From Polyangia bacterium (GTDB lineage Bacteria; Myxococcota_A; Polyangia; HGW-17; JAJRWW01), in contig JAVEWA010000001.1 in NCBI GenBank assembly GCA_034004785.1, forward strand, positions 1 through 51,433: a stretch of 51,433 bases of DNA, written 5' to 3'. This document shows positions 23,461 to 31,200 of this stretch, in pieces (positions within the stretch are counted from its first letter, which is position 1; every line of letters begins with the position of its first letter). The notes under the pieces are model-generated. The model made no database searches. It was not told where the DNA came from and saw only the letters and a list, made by a program, of their open reading frames with translations. The position numbers were made by a program, and so were the translations under genes.

Positions 23461-24834
23461 TTGAGTGGTCAGCATGTGCTCGTGGTTGACGATGAGCCCG
23501 GGGTCCGGGAAACCCTGGGCCTTACCTTGCGCAAGAACGGCTACGAGGTGAGCCTTGCCTCCACGGGCGAGGAGGCCATCGATATCCTGAGGGCCGTCCC
23601 CGTCAAGGTAGTGCTCTCGGATCTCCGCATGCCGGGAATGGGCGGAGAGGCGCTCCTCGACCGCATCATAGCCGAGTGGCCGGAGGTCACGGTCATACTC
23701 ATGTCGGCCTATGGCTCCGAGGAAGACGCCATCGACTATATCAAGAAGGGTGCCTACGACTATCTTTCAAAACCCATCATGCGCCTCTCCGACGTGGTAC
23801 TGCTCCTGCGCAAGGCCGAGGAGCGGGAGAGGCTCAAGGCCGAGAACCGGGCGCTGCGCAAGGCCCTCGGCAAGGAAGTGGGCTTCGCCAACTTCGTGGG
23901 GCGGTCGGCGGCCATGCAGCGCGTCTTCGATACCATCCGCAAGATCGCCGAGTACAAGACCACCGTGCTCATAACCGGGGAGTCCGGCACTGGCAAGGAG
24001 CTCGTAGCCCGCGCGCTGCACGAGCAGAGCGGCAGGCAGAACGCCGGTTTCGTGGCCGTGAACTGCGGGGCCATCCCCGAGCACCTGCTCGAGTCCGAGC
24101 TTTTCGGTCACAGGCGCGGCGCCTTCACCGATGCTTCCCGGGACAAGAAGGGCCTCTTCGAAGAGGCGGATAGGGGGACCATCTTTCTGGACGAGATCGG
24201 CGAGCTGCCCCTCGGCCTGCAGGTGAAGCTCCTGAGGGCGCTGCAGGAGGAGCAGATCAGGCGGGTGGGAGACAACCACGACAGGCAGCTCGACGTAAGG
24301 GTAGTGGCCGCCACGGTTCGCGACCTGGGCGCAGACGTCCAGACCGGGCGGTTCAGAGAGGATCTCTACTACAGGCTGAACGTCTTCGGGGTGCATCTGC
24401 CTCCCCTCAGGGAGCGACTGGATGACATCCCGGCTTTGGTCGAGCACTTCGTGGAGAGGGTCAACCACAGGCTCGGCAGGAGCATCCAGAGGGTCGAGCC
24501 GGAGGCGTTGAAGCTCCTCGTGGCCTACTCTTGGCCAGGCAACGTGAGGGAGCTCGAGAACACCGTGGAGCATGCGGCGGTTCTTTGTGATGGAGACGAG
24601 ATCTCCGTTCGGGATCTGCCTGCGAGGTTCCAGGGAACCGCACCGGAGGCCCCGACCGTGAAGGAGGACGGGGACCTCTCCATTAAGAAGGCCACCAGGC
24701 GGATAGAGCGGGACCTCATCGCGAGGGCCCTCGGGCGTACCGGAGGCAATCGAACCAACGCAGCCAAGCTGCTGGAGATAAGCCACCGTGCCTTGCTGTA
24801 CAAAATCAAGGAGTATGACCTGGGAGGTGGCTGA
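23461..24834 (+). CDS. Sigma54-dependent response regulator (NtrC/PilR family enhancer-binding protein)
   Basis: The receiver domain is VLVVDDEPGVRETL…VLSDLRMPGMGG. The AAA+ sigma54-interaction domain has GESGTGKELVARALH, ESELFGHRRGAFTDA (a GAFTGA variant) and FLDEIGELP. The C-terminus is a Fis-type HTH (NRTNAAKLLEISHRALLYKIKEY). The start is uncertain: TTG 23461 or GTG 23476. Confidence 0.9.
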   Translation: MSGQHVLVVDDEPGVRETLGLTLRKNGYEVSLASTGEEAIDILRAVPVKVVLSDLRMPGMGGEALLDRIIAEWPEVTVILMSAYGSEEDAIDYIKKGAYDYLSKPIMRLSDVVLLLRKAEERERLKAENRALRKALGKEVGFANFVGRSAAMQRVFDTIRKIAEYKTTVLITGESGTGKELVARALHEQSGRQNAGFVAVNCGAIPEHLLESELFGHRRGAFTDASRDKKGLFEEADRGTIFLDEIGELPLGLQVKLLRALQEEQIRRVGDNHDRQLDVRVVAATVRDLGADVQTGRFREDLYYRLNVFGVHLPPLRERLDDIPALVEHFVERVNHRLGRSIQRVEPEALKLLVAYSWPGNVRELENTVEHAAVLCDGDEISVRDLPARFQGTAPEAPTVKEDGDLSIKKATRRIERDLIARALGRTGGNRTNAAKLLEISHRALLYKIKEYDLGGG

Positions 24835-24884
24835 GGAAGGCGCGTGAGGTCAACGACCTGAAATTATATGACATATGGACATTT

Positions 24885-24913
24885 TTGATTCTGGATGGAT
24901 AAGGTAGTATGAT
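24885..24913 (+). promoter_or_regulatory. Candidate sigma70-type promoter (TTGATT-17 nt-TATGAT) in the AT-rich spacer upstream of pilM
   Basis: The sequence is ttgatt ctggatggataaggtag tatgat, within an AT-rich stretch (about 24855-24940) that is unusual for this GC-rich window. It lies ~127 nt before the pilM ATG. Confidence 0.4.
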
Positions 24914-25039
24914 GTAGGCGATGGTAGTTCCAAGTAACACATGCCGGCGCTCGGGTCCCTCGAGGCCCCGGGCTTGGCACAGGCGCCCTGCACGAGCGCG
25001 GGCCTCCTTTGGCGGGGAGTGGCCCAATCGAGGAGCTCC

Positions 25040-26095
25040 ATGTCCGTGAACTGCGTCGGGCTTGACATCGGCAGCACCTCCGTGAAGGTCGTGCAGCTGC
25101 GCGAGGGCAAAAAAACCATAGAACTCACGAGCTTCGGGATCGAGCCGCTGGCGCCGCAGTCCATCGTGGACGGTTCGATTATGAACCAGAGCGCGGTTGT
25201 GGACTCCATCCGCAGCGTCTTCGCGCGTCTCAGGATCCGCGAAAAGAGGGTGGCCATAGCGGTGGGCGGGCATTCGGTGATCATCAAGAAGATCGCCGTG
25301 CCACAGATGACCGAGGGGGAGCTGAAGGAGCAGATTCGCTGGGAAGCCGAGCACCATGTCCCCTTCGATCCCCAGGACGTACAGATCGATTACCAGGTGC
25401 TTAGCCAGGAGAACGCTCAAGGCCAGATGGATCTCCTTCTGGTGGCTGCGAAGAACGAGCTCCTGAACGACTATGCCGCGGTGGTGAGGGATGCTCAGCT
25501 CAAGCCAGTGGTGATCGACCTCGCCGCCTTCGCTGTGCAGAACACCTTCGAAAGGAACTACGGCTTCCACCCCGAGGACACCATCGCCCTGATCAACGTC
25601 GGAGCGTCCCTTTCCACCATCAGCATCGTGACCGGGGGCGCCACGAACTTCACGAGAGAGGTGACCATAGGGGGCAACGCCTTCACCGAGGAGATCCAGA
25701 AGCAGCTCGGCGTGGGTTTCGAAGAGGCCGAGGCTTACAAGCTCGGTGCGGTGAACCCAGGCGCAGGGTCAGTGGTGCCTGGGGATGTCGAGCGGCAGCT
25801 CCAGCGGGTATCCGAGATGATGGCCGGAGAGTTCCAGCGCTCCCTGGACTTCTACCTGGCTACCACCGCGGGCTCCAGCCTGTCCAAGATCTACCTGAGC
25901 GGTGGATCGGCCCAGGTCTCGTCCTTGCGGCGTGCGGTGGCTGCAAAGAGCAGGCTGGAGGTGGACGTGATGGATCCATTCTTGAGCGTCAAGGTGGATC
26001 AGAGCCGCTTCGACATGCCCTACCTCAGGGCACAGGCGCCACTCGCGGTGGTGGCCTTCGGGCTGGCTCTGAGACAACCGGGAGATAGCATCTGA
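25040..26095 (+). CDS. pilM: Type IV pilus assembly protein PilM (actin-like ATPase fold)
   Basis: ATG 25040 has an AGGAG RBS and gives MSVNCVGLDIGSTSVKVVQLREGKK…, the typical PilM N-terminus. pilN, pilO, pilP and pilQ follow. The longest ORF start (24941) adds a non-homologous extension. Confidence 0.9.
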   Translation: MSVNCVGLDIGSTSVKVVQLREGKKTIELTSFGIEPLAPQSIVDGSIMNQSAVVDSIRSVFARLRIREKRVAIAVGGHSVIIKKIAVPQMTEGELKEQIRWEAEHHVPFDPQDVQIDYQVLSQENAQGQMDLLLVAAKNELLNDYAAVVRDAQLKPVVIDLAAFAVQNTFERNYGFHPEDTIALINVGASLSTISIVTGGATNFTREVTIGGNAFTEEIQKQLGVGFEEAEAYKLGAVNPGAGSVVPGDVERQLQRVSEMMAGEFQRSLDFYLATTAGSSLSKIYLSGGSAQVSSLRRAVAAKSRLEVDVMDPFLSVKVDQSRFDMPYLRAQAPLAVVAFGLALRQPGDSI

Positions 26096-26757
26096 TGATC
26101 CGCATCAACCTCCTCCCGTACAAGGAATCCACGCTGCGCCAGTGGGGGCAGCGCCAGGTGGTGATCTACGCGGTCATCATGCTCGTGTCGGTGGTGGCCA
26201 TGGCCATCCTGGCCCGTCCTTCCATCGACTACAACGCCCTCCGGGTATCCAAGGAGAAGGAACGCAAGGCCGAGGAGGCCGAGATCGCACGCATTGGGAG
26301 CCAGGTGATCTGCGACCGTGATGACCTGAACAGGAAGATCAAGGCCGAGCAGCGCAAGTACCGAACGGTGGAAAAACTCATCACCGAGCGTCAGAATCCC
26401 AAGCAGGTGCTGAGGGAGCTCTCGCGCATCCTGTCCGAGGCCTGGGGGCCGACCATCAAGCAGAGCTTCGCGGGCAAGGACAAGAGGGCTCTTTACAACC
26501 AGAACTGGGACCCGACCGGGGTTTGGATCACCTCCTTTGCAGAGACCTCCTCTCCAGACTCGCCCGCTCGTACGGTGCGAATCCAGGGAGGCGCCCTTGC
26601 CGCCGACGATGTGGCCGAGTTCTGGCGGCGGCTCCAGGTGTCGGCCTACTTCTACAACGTGGACCTCGAGCGCTTCAGCAAGGTCAAGGAGATGCACTCG
26701 ACGAGCGGGTCGGGTCAGTTCCTCTCCTTTTCCATTGTGTCAGGCGTGAAGTACTGA
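26095..26757 (+). CDS. pilN: Type IV pilus assembly protein PilN
   Basis: The N-terminus MIRINLLPYKE is the canonical PilN motif that binds PilM. It has a single TM (VVIYAVIMLVSVVAMAIL). The start overlaps the pilM stop by 1 nt. Confidence 0.9.
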   Translation: MIRINLLPYKESTLRQWGQRQVVIYAVIMLVSVVAMAILARPSIDYNALRVSKEKERKAEEAEIARIGSQVICDRDDLNRKIKAEQRKYRTVEKLITERQNPKQVLRELSRILSEAWGPTIKQSFAGKDKRALYNQNWDPTGVWITSFAETSSPDSPARTVRIQGGALAADDVAEFWRRLQVSAYFYNVDLERFSKVKEMHSTSGSGQFLSFSIVSGVKY

Positions 26758-26775
26758 GCCCGAGGAGGCTGAGCG

Positions 26776-27411
26776 ATGCACAAGTTTTTCGAGTCGATCG
26801 CCAAGCTCTCCCTCCTGCTGAGGATCCTGATCCTGGTGGGCTCGGTGGGGCTGGTGGTGGCAGGGTTCTTGCTTAAGGCGAGCATGGGCGCCGCCGATCC
26901 GAAGGCTGCCTACCACAAGGAGCTCGCCAACCTGAGGAGGGCTCAGCAGGAGCGCGCCGAGGTCACCAGAGCCAAGGCAGAGGAGAAGCAGCAGTGTGAA
27001 GAGCTCGGGGTCAAGCTCAAGAAAGCGAAGGAAAAGAAGAAGGCCTTTCGCGGCATGCTCCCCGACGACCCTGAGCTCTCCATGCTCATCAAGGACATCA
27101 AGGCCAAGCTCAGCGGCCTCACGCTGGTGGAGTATGCGAGGCTCCCAGAGGTGACCGAGCCGATCTATGCAAAGATCCCGCTAGACATTACGGTGGAAGG
27201 GTCATTTCACCAGCTCCTGAAGTTCCTTCATGAGATCAGCATCCTGCCCCGCATCATCAAGGTGAGCGGGATCAAGCTGCTGGATCCCAAGCGGTCCGAG
27301 GGGAGGTGGGCTCTGAGGGTCGGTTTCAGAGTGTCCACCTTCAGATACTTGAGCGGCGCAGAGCAGCGCAGAGCCGCCAGGGCCGCCGCAGAGAAGAAGG
27401 GGAAGAAGTAA
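26776..27411 (+). CDS. pilO: Type IV pilus assembly protein PilO
   Basis: A GAGGAGG RBS is present. It has a single N-terminal TM (LLLRILILVGSVGLVVAGFLL), a coiled-coil segment and a C-terminal alpha/beta domain. Its position between pilN and pilP supports the call. Confidence 0.85.
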   Translation: MHKFFESIAKLSLLLRILILVGSVGLVVAGFLLKASMGAADPKAAYHKELANLRRAQQERAEVTRAKAEEKQQCEELGVKLKKAKEKKKAFRGMLPDDPELSMLIKDIKAKLSGLTLVEYARLPEVTEPIYAKIPLDITVEGSFHQLLKFLHEISILPRIIKVSGIKLLDPKRSEGRWALRVGFRVSTFRYLSGAEQRRAARAAAEKKGKK

Positions 27412-28223
27412 TGAACAGGGTCATCCGCAGCCTTCCCCTGTCATTGCTGTTTGTGAGCCCAGGCATGGATTCGGCCGGGTCCCGGCTCGGAGCGCCGTTG
27501 CCCCGCGGGATCTGTGTCCTGTTTGCCGCCTGGGTCGCCGTCGCGGCCGGGTGCGGCAAGGAGGACTTCAAGAGGACCAGCAAGCGGGGACTCCCCGAGG
27601 ACCCCATGGCCGCGAACCTCAAGGATGTGGGTAAGCCCTCCGTGGAGGTGATCGCGGAGAAAGCCGAGAAACAGGAGGCCTCGGAGAAGAAACGGCGTCG
27701 CGCTTCGAAGGATGCGAAGGAAGACCTGGAGCTGCCGAAGGTAGAGGAGTTCACGGAGCGAGACTTCGTCGAGAACGAGCAGGAGAGCCGCGATCCCTTC
27801 CGCAACCCTCTCATGAAGGAGGCGGCCAAATTGCCCGTGGAGGTGATCCAACCGGGAGACGTCGTTTTTCTGAAGGACTACTCCCTCGCGGAGCTCAGGG
27901 TCGATGGGATAGTCGGCGGCGCCCGTCGCTATGCCATGGTGCTCGATCCTCGAACGGGTCGGACGACCATCCTGCAGAAGCGTGACCGGATCGCCAAGGA
28001 GAGGGCGCTGATCTTCGAGGTCAACCAGGATCACCTCTTGGTCCTCGTGCCTCGTCTGAAGCCTGGCAAGGAGGATCCTTTCGAGCGGAGGACCCTCTAT
28101 GTGGATGAGCAGCGCAAGATGTTGGACATCGGCAGTGAAGCCCTCCGGCCCGATGAAACCGGGATCCGGTATTCCTCGCCCCGGCGCAGAAGCCAAGGGG
28201 CCGAGCGGACCAAGGAGCCTTGA
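27411..28223 (+). CDS. pilP: Type IV pilus assembly lipoprotein PilP
   Basis: ATG 27411 overlaps the pilO stop by 1 nt. The lipobox is AAWVAVAAGC. A charged linker is followed by a C-terminal beta domain (…LAELRVDGIVGGARRYAMVLDPRTGRTTILQKRDRI…). It lies immediately before pilQ. Confidence 0.8.
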   Translation: MNRVIRSLPLSLLFVSPGMDSAGSRLGAPLPRGICVLFAAWVAVAAGCGKEDFKRTSKRGLPEDPMAANLKDVGKPSVEVIAEKAEKQEASEKKRRRASKDAKEDLELPKVEEFTERDFVENEQESRDPFRNPLMKEAAKLPVEVIQPGDVVFLKDYSLAELRVDGIVGGARRYAMVLDPRTGRTTILQKRDRIAKERALIFEVNQDHLLVLVPRLKPGKEDPFERRTLYVDEQRKMLDIGSEALRPDETGIRYSSPRRRSQGAERTKEP

Positions 28224-28224
28224 T

Positions 28225-31200
28225 ATGAGGTATCCGACTCGAGAAAAGATCACCGTCATCGGAGTCGTGCTTCTGGCGTCGCTTGCCTCCGGGGCCGCCC
28301 GGGCGAGCCAGGGCAACATGAACAAGGTGACGCGGATCTCCCACCAGGAGGCTGGTGGGATCACCACCGTGACGATCCAGGGAGATCGGACACCCACCTT
28401 CACCGTATACAAGCTCGAGCGGCCCAGGCGCCTTGTTGTGGATCTCTCAAACACCACTGTGGTGGGCTACGATGACCCCCTGGAGGTCGAGACCTGGGCC
28501 GTTGGCCTGTTGACGGTGAGCCGTTTCGTGGACAGCCGCGCGGTCATAGCGAGAGTCGTCATCGGCTTCCGTCGTCAGGCAAACTACCAGGTGAAGGCTA
28601 CCGGCACAAAGGTCGTCGTCGTAATCACGCCGCTCGCCTTACCGAGTGCCGCCGATGCTCCGGCTGTGGCTCCCAGGGGATCGTCCTCGACGGAGATTGA
28701 GGGGCTGCGAAAAGACGCCAAGCGGCTCGAGGCCGAAGCGCTCGTGCGGAAAGAGAAGGCCGAGCGCTTGGCGAAAGAGGCAGAGGCTACGGTCCTTAGG
28801 GCGCGCTCCCTTGCTGGCAAGACCCGGAAAGAGGCGATGGCCGAGGCCGAGCGTCAGCGTCAAATTGCCCGGGCCGCACTCGAGCAGGCCCAAGCCCTGA
28901 GGCTCCGCGCCCAGGCTCAGCTTCAGGCCGCTGAGCGAGCTGCTGCCCAGACCAGGCAGGCAGCGCTGGCCTATGCAGTCAGGCTCAAGGCCGAGGCGGA
29001 GTCCTTGCGGACACAGGCCGACGCTCAGAAGCAGGCCGCTGCGCGCGCCCAGGAGGAGGCCCGTGTGGCGCTGAGAGCGGCAGAGAGCCAGGCTGACGCG
29101 ACCCGGTCAGCGGCGCTCAAGGGGGCGAGAAAGCTACAGGAGAACGCGACTCGCCTCCAGGCGACGGCCGAGGCCAGCCTTCGCGAGGCCAGCTCCCGCG
29201 AGAAGGAGGTGCAGCGTCTCCTCGCCCAGGCGCGAAGTCAGCTCGAGGCCGCCAAGGCCGAGGCCGAGGCCACGCGTTCGAGAGCTAGGGAACAGGCCGC
29301 GGCCCTCAAGGAGGCAGCCGAGGCCAAGGCGAGCGCAACCTGGCAGGAGGCGTTGAAGAAGGCTCAGACCCTGGAAGCTGCTGCGCGCCGGGAGGCGGAG
29401 GAAGCTCAGGCCGAGGCATTGAGGAAGGCCCGTGCTCTCGAGTCCGCAGCAAGGGAGAGGGCGGCAGGCTACCTCGAGGCAGCGAAGGGGAGATTGTCCG
29501 AGGCCCAGGTGGAAGCGACCCGGCTTGCCTCGGAAGCCGAGGCAGCCCGGCGTCTTCTGGACAGTGCCTCGTCCCAGGTGCAGGCCGCGCGGCAGGCTGC
29601 GTCGGTGGCCAACGAGCAGGCGGAGGCGGCACGGCGTCAGGCAGAGGCGGCGCGCAAGAACGCTGCCGTCTTGGTGGCCGATGCTCGACGTCAGGAGGCG
29701 GAGGTGAGACGCTCCGCGGCGAAGGCCACGGCGGAAGCCAAGGCCGAGGTGGATCAGGCCAGAGCCAAGGCCCTGGCAGCCGATGCGGCGGCCCGCCGTC
29801 TCGAGGTAATTGCCAAGCAACACCGAGCCAGAAAGGCCGAGGCGAGTAGGCAGGCGGATCAGGCCAAGTCTCAGGCTGCCCGGGCCCAGGCCAAGGCCCA
29901 GGCCGCCGAGCGCGCTCTGGAGGTAGCCGAGGCGTCGAGGAAGGTGGCTCTGGCGGAGGTGGATCGGCTGCGATCCGAAGCCGACCGGTATCGGACATTG
30001 GTGGGACGCGCAAGGCAGGAGATTGCCTCGCTGAGGCAGGCTCGCGAGGACATGAAGAGCGAGCTGGCCAGGCTCAGGCAGCAGGCGAGCGCGGCTCAAG
30101 CCGCCCTACGGCAGGCGAAGACGCAGGCGGCCAGGGCCCAGGGCGAGGCTGCCCTCTATGGCCAGCTCGCGAAGCGTCAGAAGCAGATGGAGGCGGAGAT
30201 CGACACGGTGAAGGCCCAGCTAGCCGCCGCAAGGGAAGGGCTCCGCGTCGCGAAGGACTCGAGGCGCCAGGAGGAGGCCAGGCAGGCCCTCGCGAAGGCT
30301 GCACGGCAACAGACTGAGCTGCAGCTCCGTCAGCTCGAGCTCGCCAAGGATAGAGTTGCAGCAAGCAAGCGTCTGCTCGAGGGTCAGGTGGAGGCCCTCG
30401 CCGCCAGGCACCGCGCGGAGCAGGAGGCTCAGGGTCTCGCAGAGAAGAGGAGAGTGGCGCTCGAGCGTGCGGAGCGAGAGGCTCGCGAGAGGAAGGTCGA
30501 GGCCGAACGCTTGGCTCGAAAAGAGCGGGAGCGGGCCGAGGCTCTCTTGCAATCAAGGCGCAGGTTGGAGTCATTGAACACTGCGCTTCGTGAGGCCGTG
30601 GCGGTCGAGGAGAGACGGAGGCAGGAGCTTGCGTCCGCCCTGGCCAGGCTCGAGGACATTCGAAGGACCGAGACCTCCGCCACCAAGGCGGACGCCCGAG
30701 GTCTCGAGCGCAGGATCATGGCTTTGAGGACGCGTGAGGCGAAGGAGTCCAAGCGCTTGGTGGGAATACGTGAGGCGGTGAAGAGCGCCGAGAAGGAGAC
30801 GAGCGAGCTGGACGGGTCGGCCAGAGAGGCGCAGCGGGCAGCCGAGAAAGCGCGTCTCCAGAAAGAGGAAGCCCTCCAGGCTGCTAAGGCCGCGCAGAAG
30901 GACCTCGGCGCCGCCCGCGCTGCTCTGGCCCTGGAGCGCGCCGCGTTGGAGAAGACGAGGGTGGAACGCGCTGCTCTGGCCAGAGCTGTGGGCAAGGCAG
31001 AGCAGGACCTCGCCGGTGCAAAGAAGGAAGTTGCGGCGCTTGTGCGCTCGAGAGCCAGCCAGGAGCAGGCCCTCGCCCTCGTGCAGAAGCGTTTGAAGAA
31101 AGAGCAGGAGGAGCTTGCCAGGGTTCGTGCCCACTCCGAGGGATCTTTCGCCAAGGCCCGCAAGGAGACGGCCGAGGCTCAGGATCGGCTTGCGGCGTTG

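Noticed and set aside
24975-24992. Sigma54 promoter (TGGCAC…CTGCA) upstream of pilM
   Set aside because: TGGCAC is present, but the GC of the putative -12 element lies 2 nt further downstream than the strict TGGCAC-N5-TTGC spacing allows, and the TTGC is degenerate (CTGC). I keep it only as a note in the spacer finding.
27306-28224. Upstream extensions of the pilP (27306) and pilQ (28099) track ORFs
   Set aside because: The extensions overlap the preceding genes out of frame and are Arg/Gly-rich. Internal ATGs at 27411 and 28225 abut the upstream stops and give proper signal or lipoprotein N-termini.
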